Position numbers and translations under genes: made by a program. The notes under the pieces were generated by a model, which was not told the origin of the DNA, made no database searches, and saw only the letters and a list, made by a program, of their open reading frames with translations. From the sequence record DRR723986_15179: 62,185 nucleotides of DNA. One strand, written 5' to 3'. Shown here one piece after another: positions 48,382-56,833 of the stretch. The number at the start of each line of letters is the position of its first letter. Position 1 is the first letter of the stretch.

Positions 48382-49242
48382 ATGGAAGACTTTGGAATTT
48401 CACAAGAAACCACAGATGCATTATATGCGCAAGGTATCAGTCTAGCTGTAGAAGTAGTTCTTAGACTTATAGCTGCAATTTTAGTCTATTTTATCGGGCG
48501 ATTTATTATCAAAAAAGTACTCAAATTCATAAAGCACTCGCTTGAGAAAAGAGAGGATTCGCCTTCATTGAATGATTTCCTATTTGGATTTGCGAAAATT
48601 ATGCTTTTCGCAGCCCTAATTATCGCTGTTGCAGTTACACTAGGAATAGATGCCACCTCCTTTTTGGCAGTCTTCGGTGCAGCAGGTTTAGCTATTGGTC
48701 TTGCACTTCAGGGTTCCTTGTCAAATTTTGCAGGAGGATTATTGATTTTAGCTTTTAAGCCATTCAAAGTAGGGCATGTTATCGTTGCTCAAGGTCACAC
48801 AGGTGTAGTCAATAGAGTTCAGATTCTTTACACCCATCTAATGACATTTGACAATCAGGAAGTGATTATCCCGAATGGTAATTTGGCAAATTCCGATATT
48901 GTCAATATGAGTACACAAGAAACTCGAAGAGCAGAATTGAAGGTAGGAGTAGCTTATGGCACCAACATCAAGCAAGCGAAAGAGATCATTTTGGATATTT
49001 TCAATAATGACCCTAGGACTCTGCAAGAACCAGCACCTTTTGTGGCTTTGAATAATTTTGGGGATAGCTCATTGGACATTGTGGTAAGAGTTTGGGCAAA
49101 ATCAGCAGATATGTGGCCACTTTATTTTGCAGGAATGGAAGCTATTAACACTGAATTTGAGAAACATGGAATAGAAATTCCTTTCCCTCAGCGAGTTGTT
49201 CATCAAATCAAAGAAAAAGCTAAAGAAGAAGAGGCTTCTTAA
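48382..49242 (+). CDS. mscS: Small-conductance mechanosensitive channel
   Basis: GAAGLAIGLALQGSLSNFAGG, PFKVG, IIPNG, IEIPFPQR. Confidence 0.93.
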   Translation: MEDFGISQETTDALYAQGISLAVEVVLRLIAAILVYFIGRFIIKKVLKFIKHSLEKREDSPSLNDFLFGFAKIMLFAALIIAVAVTLGIDATSFLAVFGAAGLAIGLALQGSLSNFAGGLLILAFKPFKVGHVIVAQGHTGVVNRVQILYTHLMTFDNQEVIIPNGNLANSDIVNMSTQETRRAELKVGVAYGTNIKQAKEIILDIFNNDPRTLQEPAPFVALNNFGDSSLDIVVRVWAKSADMWPLYFAGMEAINTEFEKHGIEIPFPQRVVHQIKEKAKEEEAS

Positions 49243-49252
49243 GTTGGAAGGC

Positions 49253-49298
49253 TAAAAACAGAAAGGCGATCATTGATGTGATCGCCTTTCTGTTTTTA
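49253..49298. terminator. Bidirectional intrinsic terminator (20-bp perfect stem)
   Basis: TAAAAACAGAAAGGCGATCA-ttgatg-TGATCGCCTTTCTGTTTTTA between convergent genes. Confidence 0.88.
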
Positions 49299-49973
49299 AA
49301 ACCTTTTTATGATTTCAGTAAGAGACTTTCTTTTGATAGCTGGCACGTATGTTTCTGCCTTTGGATAGCCTACTGGAATCAATAGATAGGGCTTTTCATT
49401 AAAAGGTCTTTCAAGGATCTCACTCAGGAAATTCATTGGGCTTGGCGTGTGGGTGACAGCGGTGAGTCCTGCTTGGTGAATTGCAGCAATTAGAAATCCA
49501 CAGGCAATTCCCACGGATTCGTTTACATAGTAATGCTGGATTTTTTCACCATTTTCCATACCATACGACTGCTTGAACACTACAATTAAATAGGGTGCTT
49601 CCTCCAAAAACGGTTTCTCCCAGTTTGTTCCCAATGGTTTCAAATCAGATTTCCATTGATCCGGCATCCGGCTCGAATAGCTGATTTTTTCTTCTTCTTC
49701 TGCTGCATCTCTGATTTTCTTTTTGATAGAAGGATCTGAAATCAGGCAAAATGTCCATGGCTGCTTGTGCGCACCTGAGGGAGCTGTGCTTGCTGTGAGG
49801 ATGATTTTTTCCAAAATTTCGATTGGAACTGGACGTGAATCGAATTCTCTAACTGTCCGACGCTGATCCATTTCCTGATAAAACTGCTCTGAGCGTGAAA
49901 TCATTTCCTCAGGACTGAGCTGCGGACGCTTATATCTGATATGCTCAAATCCTTCAATTATTTTCTTGTCCAT
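49296..49973 (-). CDS. Nitroreductase-superfamily flavoprotein, iodotyrosine deiodinase (IYD)-like
   Basis: RRTVREF, TAPSGAHKQPW, IRDAAEEEEKISY, LGTNWEKPFL, HYYVNESVGIACG, THTPSPMNFL, VGYP. Confidence 0.88.
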   Translation of the reverse strand: MDKKIIEGFEHIRYKRPQLSPEEMISRSEQFYQEMDQRRTVREFDSRPVPIEILEKIILTASTAPSGAHKQPWTFCLISDPSIKKKIRDAAEEEEKISYSSRMPDQWKSDLKPLGTNWEKPFLEEAPYLIVVFKQSYGMENGEKIQHYYVNESVGIACGFLIAAIHQAGLTAVTHTPSPMNFLSEILERPFNEKPYLLIPVGYPKAETYVPAIKRKSLTEIIKRF

Positions 49974-50006
49974 AAAAAAAACGGCTAAATCGAAAGATAG
50001 CCGTTT
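49974..50006 (-). terminator. Intrinsic terminator abutting the IYD-like start codon
   Basis: AAACGGCTA...TAGCCGTTT stem; the U8 tract on the minus strand runs straight into ATG 49973. Confidence 0.7.
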
Positions 50007-50028
50007 AGATTTTATAAATGGAATTGAA

Positions 50029-50859
50029 TTAATCCAGCGTCACTGGCTTTGATCCACTTGGATAGAAGATCGTTGCCATTTTATCACATGCTCCATCTCC
50101 GTAGTCCACAGTCACTTCAATTCCACTGTATTGAAATGCCAAGATTCCCGAATTTGGAATTTTCACGCCCGAATCAATACAGCTTTTGGTGTAAATCAGC
50201 GGTTCAGCAATTGAAGATGTATAATTAAGTCCTGCGCGGCTTGTACCGGAAGCTGTACCCGTAATGGAAGCTTCGTATTCTCCCTGGGTACCAAGTTTGA
50301 TGACCCGTACTTGGTCGCTCGTCAACGTCACAAACGTATTGTCAGACCAAGTAACTTTTCCATTTTGAATTTTCACTTCCAAAGTGATTGTGCCATTCTC
50401 AAGGCTCACACCTTTATTTGTAAGTGTTCTTGTGCCTTCAATCTTATGACCGTTGACTTCATAGTCTTCAAACGTAGTGGTGATTTTTGCCCCTGTTATC
50501 AAGAGGTTGCCAGTGTAGGCCAAATTGACGATCCCTTTTCTAATAACGCCATTTACGCTGGTACAGCCGTCACCAAAATCAACTTTAATTGTCTTGGTGC
50601 TTTCATCCAAGGTGATTATTGCTCCATCACATATATTTGAAGCAGGGATAGTTACCGAGGTTCTAGCGCTGAGTCCGCTGGTACTCAAAACTGAGAGTGT
50701 AAGGTTATCCAGATCCTCAAATGCCATATTTACTTCCATGTCTTCATTGACTACTGCAAGATTTGGCACTGGAGGCTCATCATTCATATCACAGCTGGAT
50801 ACGAGCATGATGCCGAAGATCATCAGAAATAAAATTGTGGGGTTAAGTGTCTTTTTCAT
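50029..50859 (-). CDS. Hypothetical lipoprotein
   Basis: Lipobox VSSC; VDFGDGC...RKG and VDYGDGACD repeats, typical of a Bacteroidota beta-rich lipoprotein family. Confidence 0.8.
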   Translation of the reverse strand: MKKTLNPTILFLMIFGIMLVSSCDMNDEPPVPNLAVVNEDMEVNMAFEDLDNLTLSVLSTSGLSARTSVTIPASNICDGAIITLDESTKTIKVDFGDGCTSVNGVIRKGIVNLAYTGNLLITGAKITTTFEDYEVNGHKIEGTRTLTNKGVSLENGTITLEVKIQNGKVTWSDNTFVTLTSDQVRVIKLGTQGEYEASITGTASGTSRAGLNYTSSIAEPLIYTKSCIDSGVKIPNSGILAFQYSGIEVTVDYGDGACDKMATIFYPSGSKPVTLD

Positions 50860-50884
50860 ATTCTTTTACGATAGATTTTGGTAA

Positions 50885-51058
50885 TTATTTAGTTGGTTTT
50901 TTTATTGAATTGTTGGGCTTTTTGGACTTTCCGCCTACACAGCCGATGTTCTGCGTAAAAGCGACATCATCAGGCAGAATTCCCATCCCCTTAGAAATGT
51001 CCCAGTCCTCAGCTTCTGTTTCCTTGTCTGTCATTTTTTTAGGTTTGTTATTTTCCAT
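50885..51058 (-). CDS. Small hypothetical protein (about 57 aa)
   Basis: Start likely ATG 51058 (MENNKPKK); core WDISKGMGILPDDVAFTQNIGCVGG. Confidence 0.55.
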   Translation of the reverse strand: MENNKPKKMTDKETEAEDWDISKGMGILPDDVAFTQNIGCVGGKSKKPNNSIKKPTK

Positions 51059-51157
51059 AATTCTGATGCAGTTAATGATTAACGTCCATGACTTGCTAAA
51101 AATTTGAATAGGTGTCAAGGATTGCGCCAATTTGAATAGTTAGCGTGATTCAATTCC

Positions 51158-51165
51158 TATCTTTG
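51158..51165 (+). promoter_or_regulatory. Bacteroidota -7 promoter element (TATCTTTG), likely leaderless transcript
   Basis: Exact consensus, ending 3 nt before ATG 51169; TTTG at 51131-51134. Confidence 0.6.
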
Positions 51166-51168
51166 GGC

Positions 51169-52938
51169 ATGAAAGGATTTGATTTTGAAAATTCTAATCT
51201 GTCTGAGAAGCTAAAAACGGTTAAAAGTAAGGTTGGAACCTACTCTCTAATGCGTTTGGTCGTCTTTTTTGGCATGGGTGGATTATTTGTTTTAGCAGTA
51301 GCGGAAAGTCCGCTTTGGTTCTTGTTTTTTGGAGTCTCAGTGGTGATTTTCATTTCTCTGATTAGAAAGTATAATTTTCAGAAAGATCAGGAGGCTATTT
51401 ATCTAGCACTTGAGAAAATGAATATGTCTAGAGAAAAGCGGGTTGGTAGAAATCTAAAAGATCTTGATGCCGGAACTGAATTTCAAGAAAAAGCTCATCC
51501 TTTCGCGAATGATTTGGATCTATTTGGAGATCACTCTTTATTCCAACTCCTGAATCATACTGTTTCTAAAAAAGGTAAGGAAACCCTTGCTGCCAAAATA
51601 AAATCTGAATTTGATAGTGTGAAAGCTGGGGCTTTTCGGGAAGCTTCTAGTGAGTTATCCAGAAAACCCGAATTTCTTCAAGCGATGGAAAGCATAGGGA
51701 TTGCTTTTTATAATGAGGAGAAATCAAATTCAGGCTGGACCAAATGGTTGGAAGAAAGTGACAAGAGTACACTATTAGTTACCATTGGAGCTTTCCTCGG
51801 TCCAATCGGAGGTATAACTCTTTCTGTTTTAATATATATAGGAATAGTTCCTGGAGCGTTTTTCGGTGTATGGATTTTGCTTGGAATGGTGTTTTTGGGA
51901 ATGGTATTTAAACCATTGAAGAAGGCGGCTGAGTCGATTCCGAGTCGCCATCAATTGAAAACATATCGCTATTGGCTGGCAGTACTTGAAAAGGAGCCAA
52001 TGCAATCAACTCTTCTCAAGGAGAAACAGGCACCATTCCTCACCAAAGAGGTCAAAGCTTCTACACTTTTTGATCAGTTGGACAGCTTAGGATTGTGGAT
52101 CCAAAACCGGATAAATATTCTTTATATCCCGATTAACCTCATTTTTTGGACAGACTTGTTTTTATACGTTAGACTAGTTTCTTGGAAGAAAAAATATGGT
52201 CATCTAGTCGCTCACTTTCCAGCCCAGCTAGTAGAATGGGAAGTTTTGATTTCCTTAGGAGCATTTGAAAATGAAGTTGGTGGAAAGGGGAAACTTATTT
52301 CTATTGAGAAAGGAATCAAAGCCAAGTCAGTTTCTCATCCTCTACTTTTGCCGGGAACTGCAGTGCCCAATAATTTCGAAATCGACGGAAATCAACGAGT
52401 CGTTTTACTCACGGGTGCAAATATGAGTGGAAAGACCACCTTTATGCGAACGCTCGGGATTAATTGTGTGTTGGTGAATCTAGGCTTGAGACCTTTCGCT
52501 GAGGAATTTGGATTTAGTACATTTCAACTTTATACCAGTATGAGGAATTCGGATAATTTAGGAGAAAGTGTCAGCTCATTTTATGCGGAACTCAGTAGGA
52601 TTAAGAAATTGATCGATAGAATCGAAAAAGGAGAACAAATCTTCTTTCTTTTGGATGAAATCTTGAAAGGAACCAATACCGAAGATAGAATTGCTGGTTC
52701 AGAAGCCTTGATTAGGCAAGTGAATGATACCAATGCTTTTGGAATCATCAGTACGCACGATATTGAGTTAGCAGAATTGGAAGAAAGAATGAGTACTGTG
52801 TGGAATTACAGTTTTCATTCTGAGATTCATGACCAAAACATAGATTTTGACTACAAAATAAAACGGGGAGCATGCCCGAGTTTCAATGCACATAAACTCA
52901 TGGAGTTAATGGGAATTCGCTTTCAGCAGGAAAAGTGA
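51169..52938 (+). CDS. Membrane-anchored MutS-related ATPase (MutS domain V only)
   Basis: N-terminal and central TM helices; TGANMSGKT, SSFYAEL, LLDEILKGTN, STHD; start ATG 51169. Confidence 0.9.
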   Translation: MKGFDFENSNLSEKLKTVKSKVGTYSLMRLVVFFGMGGLFVLAVAESPLWFLFFGVSVVIFISLIRKYNFQKDQEAIYLALEKMNMSREKRVGRNLKDLDAGTEFQEKAHPFANDLDLFGDHSLFQLLNHTVSKKGKETLAAKIKSEFDSVKAGAFREASSELSRKPEFLQAMESIGIAFYNEEKSNSGWTKWLEESDKSTLLVTIGAFLGPIGGITLSVLIYIGIVPGAFFGVWILLGMVFLGMVFKPLKKAAESIPSRHQLKTYRYWLAVLEKEPMQSTLLKEKQAPFLTKEVKASTLFDQLDSLGLWIQNRINILYIPINLIFWTDLFLYVRLVSWKKKYGHLVAHFPAQLVEWEVLISLGAFENEVGGKGKLISIEKGIKAKSVSHPLLLPGTAVPNNFEIDGNQRVVLLTGANMSGKTTFMRTLGINCVLVNLGLRPFAEEFGFSTFQLYTSMRNSDNLGESVSSFYAELSRIKKLIDRIEKGEQIFFLLDEILKGTNTEDRIAGSEALIRQVNDTNAFGIISTHDIELAELEERMSTVWNYSFHSEIHDQNIDFDYKIKRGACPSFNAHKLMELMGIRFQQEK

Positions 52939-52982
52939 GTTCTGTTTCTTGAGAGTATATTATTTTTGATTACAAATAAATT

Positions 52983-54128
52983 ATGGCAATACCATCGCAA
53001 TCACCCATTTTGGGAGTCCTCGGAGGAGGTCAATTGGGCCGAATGCTTATACAGTCGGCAATCAACTATAATCAGGATATCCACATTTTGGATCCAGATC
53101 CAAATGCGCCATGCAAGGATCTTTCACAACGATTTACAGTGGGTTCTTTAAAGGATTTTGATACTGTTTATGCATTTGGTCACGGCTGTGATGTTATTAC
53201 GGTTGAGATTGAAAGTGTTAATACAGAGGCACTTGAGAAATTGCAGCGTGAAGGAAAGAAGGTTTATCCACAGCCTGATATACTGAGCTTGATAAAAGAT
53301 AAGCGAAAGCAAAAGCAGTTTTATCAACTAAACGGAATTCCAACAGCGGATTTTATCCTGACGGCGGACAAAGCTGAAGTTATCCACAATGCTGATTTTC
53401 TTCCTGCTGTAAATAAATTGGGTAAAGAGGGCTATGATGGACGTGGTGTTCAGGTCTTGAGATCTGAAGCCGATTTGGATAAAGCATTTGATGCTCCGGG
53501 TTTATTAGAAAAACTAATTGATTTCGATAAGGAGATTGCAGTGACTGTGGCAAGAAATGAGGCTGGTGATTTAATCGCTTATCCTGCAGTAGAATGTGCG
53601 TTTCACCCAACTGCCAATTTGGTTGAGTTTCTTTTTGCTCCAGCTGAGATCAGCAAAGAAGTAGCAGAAAAGGCTGAACAGATTGCCAAAGATGTAATTC
53701 TGAAATTGGGAATGGTAGGGATTTTGGCTGTGGAAATGTTTGTGACCAAAGAAGGTGAAGTATTGGTTAATGAAGTTGCGCCTCGACCTCATAACAGTGG
53801 TCACCATACCATAGAGGCCAATTACACCTCGCAATTTGAGCAGCATTTGCGCTCCGTGATGAATTGGCCGCTAGGAAATCCTGACTTGAGATGTCCGGCT
53901 GCCATGATTAATTTGCTCGGAGAAGATGGATTTACAGGGCCAGTTTTGGTAGAAGGGCAGGAGGAAGCACTTGCAGAGCAGGGAGTATACATTCATTTGT
54001 ATGGCAAGAAAATCACAAAGCCTTTTAGAAAAATGGGGCATGTGACCATTGTATCAGATACCGTTGCAGGCTTAAAAGAAAAAGCGCATCGAATAAAAGA
54101 GTTAATTAAAATCAAATCTATATCATGA
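52983..54128 (+). CDS. purK: N5-carboxyaminoimidazole ribonucleotide synthase
   Basis: [37 protein letters not shown]. Confidence 0.97.
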   Translation: MAIPSQSPILGVLGGGQLGRMLIQSAINYNQDIHILDPDPNAPCKDLSQRFTVGSLKDFDTVYAFGHGCDVITVEIESVNTEALEKLQREGKKVYPQPDILSLIKDKRKQKQFYQLNGIPTADFILTADKAEVIHNADFLPAVNKLGKEGYDGRGVQVLRSEADLDKAFDAPGLLEKLIDFDKEIAVTVARNEAGDLIAYPAVECAFHPTANLVEFLFAPAEISKEVAEKAEQIAKDVILKLGMVGILAVEMFVTKEGEVLVNEVAPRPHNSGHHTIEANYTSQFEQHLRSVMNWPLGNPDLRCPAAMINLLGEDGFTGPVLVEGQEEALAEQGVYIHLYGKKITKPFRKMGHVTIVSDTVAGLKEKAHRIKELIKIKSIS

Positions 54129-54640
54129 ATCCACAGGTAGGAATTATCATGGGCAGCCAATCCGATCTTCCGATTATGGCAGAAGCTGCACAAATGCTAG
54201 AGGAATTGGGAGTAAACTATGAATTGACAGTTGTGTCTGCACATCGTACACCGCAGCGGATGATTGATTATGCACAATCGGCCCGTGAGCGCGGTATCAA
54301 AGTGATCGTTGCAGGTGCTGGTGGAGCTGCTCATTTGCCTGGAATGGTAGCTTCAATGACCAGTCTTCCTGTAATTGGCGTTCCCATCAAAAGCTCCAAT
54401 TCCATCGATGGCTGGGATAGCATTCTGTCGATTTTGCAAATGCCAGGCGGCATTCCGGTAGCGACGGTTGCCTTAAATGGTGGGAAAAATGCTGGAATTC
54501 TTGCGGCTTCTATTGTAGGGTCATTCGATCCTAAGGTTGGAGAAAGTTTGGATGCTTATAAAAAATCATTGAAGGAAAAAGTAGAGGAATCTGCCGCTCA
54601 GATAGAAGCGAAGGGCTGGAAAGAGATTTTAAAGAAATAA
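54125..54640 (+). CDS. purE: N5-CAIR mutase
   Basis: [40 protein letters not shown] overlap with purK. Confidence 0.98.
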   Translation: MNPQVGIIMGSQSDLPIMAEAAQMLEELGVNYELTVVSAHRTPQRMIDYAQSARERGIKVIVAGAGGAAHLPGMVASMTSLPVIGVPIKSSNSIDGWDSILSILQMPGGIPVATVALNGGKNAGILAASIVGSFDPKVGESLDAYKKSLKEKVEESAAQIEAKGWKEILKK

Positions 54641-54667
54641 AAAATGCGGCTCTTAAGCCGCATTTTT
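54640..54667 (+). terminator. Intrinsic terminator after purE
   Basis: AAAAATGCGGCT-ctta-AGCCGCATTTTT. Confidence 0.8.
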
Positions 54668-54677
54668 GCTTGTTGCT

Positions 54678-54821
54678 ATGAATTGGAAAAAGATAATTCG
54701 ATTTAAAATCGGAGATGTACCTTGGGAAGTTCCATTGGATGTTTTAATCCTGATGGGAGTGATTACTTTGATTTTGATGGGAGTCGGGGCTTATTTTGGC
54801 TTCCAATTTGGAAGTAGTTAA
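54678..54821 (+). CDS. Small 47-aa membrane protein (missed by ORF track)
   Basis: MNWKKIIRFKIGDVPWEVPLDVLILMGVITLILMGVGAYFGFQFGSS*; fills the gap exactly; TTAA stop overlap with the 54818 gene. Confidence 0.7.
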   Translation: MNWKKIIRFKIGDVPWEVPLDVLILMGVITLILMGVGAYFGFQFGSS

Positions 54822-55279
54822 TCCGTAAAGATTCCCCAGCCATCATCATTTTTTTCATTTGAGTCAAAGCCATTTTTCCAGTCTATGAAAAGTATGCGGT
54901 ATTCCTCAATAGCCTCTCGAAGTAAATCAAGATGTTCCTCAGCGTGAGTTTCTTCCATTCCTAATTGATAAGTCATGGTATTCAGGTTTTTAGCATGTAC
55001 TTTCATGATCATAGCCTTTTCCATTTTTAGTACATAGTCAGGGATAGCTTCTGCCGCAGCGAATTTGGCACTCAAGACCATCGCATCTTCCATCATGATA
55101 TTGCCGTAAAGTTCCCTTCGAGCCTCATCCAGACTTCCTACCAAAGCGCGAGTTAAGGCAAAGATGTCCTTTGCCTTTTTCATTAATGGGTGCTTATAGA
55201 TGTTTTCGTGTTCCTTGCGTGCGTCGAATTCATCGTCTTCGTCCCATCCTGACTCATCATCATCGTCATCATCCCACAT
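54818..55279 (-). CDS. Hypothetical protein, acidic N-terminus, predicted helical bundle
   Basis: MWDDDDDDESGWDEDDE; amphipathic helices; DDGWGIF end. Confidence 0.8.
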   Translation of the reverse strand: MWDDDDDDESGWDEDDEFDARKEHENIYKHPLMKKAKDIFALTRALVGSLDEARRELYGNIMMEDAMVLSAKFAAAEAIPDYVLKMEKAMIMKVHAKNLNTMTYQLGMEETHAEEHLDLLREAIEEYRILFIDWKNGFDSNEKNDDGWGIFTD

Positions 55280-55293
55280 AGGACAAGTGTTTT

Positions 55294-55638
55294 TTAGAAA
55301 GGTAATTTATCTTCTTCTCCCTCCGAATGGAAAGTATCCATTTCAGGCATATGTGAAGGGGCTGATCCACCGCCATTTCTATCTACTTTGAAAGCCTTCA
55401 CTTCAGTGTACCATCGACCATTGTATTCTCTGCTTTCTACATCTATACTCATGGTAACATTATCGCCTTCTGAAATAGCGAACTGATCGATTTTATCCCC
55501 CCAAACTGACACGCAAACCTTTTTGGCGTATTGCCCTGGGGTTTCTAGTATATATTCTTGCTTTTTCCAAGAGTTTCCACTTTTTGATGTTCCACCTACT
55601 TCGGGTAGTTTTTGGATAATTTTTCCGCTCAATTCCAT
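55294..55638 (-). CDS. DUF3127 family protein (OB-fold, SSB-like acidic LPF tail)
   Basis: GTSKSGNSWKKQEYILET, YAKKV, ESREYNGRWYT, C-terminal EEDKLPF. Confidence 0.9.
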   Translation of the reverse strand: MELSGKIIQKLPEVGGTSKSGNSWKKQEYILETPGQYAKKVCVSVWGDKIDQFAISEGDNVTMSIDVESREYNGRWYTEVKAFKVDRNGGGSAPSHMPEMDTFHSEGEEDKLPF

Positions 55639-55987
55639 TGTATTTTTTTTAAATTTCTATCTCCGCGAAGTTACACAAAGCACTTGAAATGTCCTGTTCG
55701 TATAGGTTCAATTTACTTCTATCTAAATGTGGATTTTAACATTTTTTGGCATAAACATTGGTTAATGTGTACTCTGGATTTTGTATGTTTCAAATAATGT
55801 ATTGGCTTTGATACTATTTGAAAAATAAAATTTGGATTATGTTCTTCATGTGCTTTGTGAAATAAAATCCTTGAATTTTTTTTGCAGAGTTGTTTTCGAA
55901 ATCCTACTTTTAAAGACCTTTCTTTTTCTTTCACCCTTACTGGATACTATGGCCTAGACCTTTACGTTTATAATAAACCAACTTAAA

Positions 55988-56590
55988 ATGAGTAAGCGAA
56001 TTGGTCCTAAGGACAGTGAATTGATTGCACAGTATCGAAATGGTAGTGATGCTGCCTTTGATCTCTTAGTAGATCGATATAAAGGTAAAATGTACACCAC
56101 AATATTTTTGATCGTTAAGGATCAAAAGGTCGCTGAAGATTTGCTTCAAGATGTGTTTGTCAAAGTGGTCAAAACACTTAATTCAGATAAATACAACGAA
56201 GAAGGGAAGTTTCAGCCTTGGGTGATGCGGATAGCTCACAATCTGGCCATTGATTATTTCAGAAAGGCCAAAAGATATCCAACCATATTGATGGAGGATG
56301 GTTCTAATATATTCAATTCGCTGAGATTTGCAGAAGAGAATGTAGAAGACCGACAGGTAAGGGATGAAAATATTGAGCTCGTGAAGCGTCTGATAGAAGA
56401 GCTACCCGAAACTCAAAAGCAGGTTCTGATTATGCGCCATTATCTGGATATGAGTTTCCAGGAAATAGCGGATCAGACAGGTGTAAGTATTAATACTGCT
56501 CTTGGAAGAATGCGATACGCGCTGATCCATCTGCGGAAGAAGATGAAACAACTAAATTTTGCATATGATAAAACCATTTACCCCAAATGA
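55988..56590 (+). CDS. ECF sigma-70 factor
   Basis: Region 2 AEDLLQDVF...WVMRIAHN; region 4 MSFQEIADQTGVSINTALGRMRYA. Confidence 0.95.
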   Translation: MSKRIGPKDSELIAQYRNGSDAAFDLLVDRYKGKMYTTIFLIVKDQKVAEDLLQDVFVKVVKTLNSDKYNEEGKFQPWVMRIAHNLAIDYFRKAKRYPTILMEDGSNIFNSLRFAEENVEDRQVRDENIELVKRLIEELPETQKQVLIMRHYLDMSFQEIADQTGVSINTALGRMRYALIHLRKKMKQLNFAYDKTIYPK

Positions 56591-56798
56591 TCTGATAAGA
56601 TATATTTATCAGGAAATGACTGAGGTAGAGCAAGAACTCTTAGTGCAAGCCTTGCATAGTGATGATTCACTGATGCAAGAATATGTAGAAATGCTGAGCA
56701 CAATAGAGCAGATGGATCAAATCCAGCTACAACCTTCGGAAAAAGTAGTACAGGCGATCAAGTCGAGAGCTCAATCTACGGGACTCGAGCGAGTCTGA
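56565..56798 (+). CDS. Small soluble protein overlapping the ECF sigma gene (anti-sigma-like candidate)
   Basis: Start likely ATG 56565 (MIKPFTPNDLIRYIY); acidic helices; PSEKVVQAI; 26-bp overlap with the sigma gene. Confidence 0.7.
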   Translation: MIKPFTPNDLIRYIYQEMTEVEQELLVQALHSDDSLMQEYVEMLSTIEQMDQIQLQPSEKVVQAIKSRAQSTGLERV

Positions 56799-56807
56799 CA
56801 ATATGGT

Positions 56808-56832
56808 AATCCCGCTTCTGGCGGGATTTTTT
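56808..56832 (+). terminator. Intrinsic terminator
   Basis: AATCCCGC-ttctg-GCGGGATT followed by T run. Confidence 0.8.
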
Positions 56833-56833
56833 G

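Noticed and set aside
55225-55275. (TCA/TCG)n trinucleotide run
   Set aside because: Encodes the poly-Asp N-terminus with mixed codons; in-frame, so not a phase-variation tract
55719-55934. 71-aa ORF in the DUF3127/sigma divergent region
   Set aside because: AT-rich promoter DNA, no motif, non-ATG start
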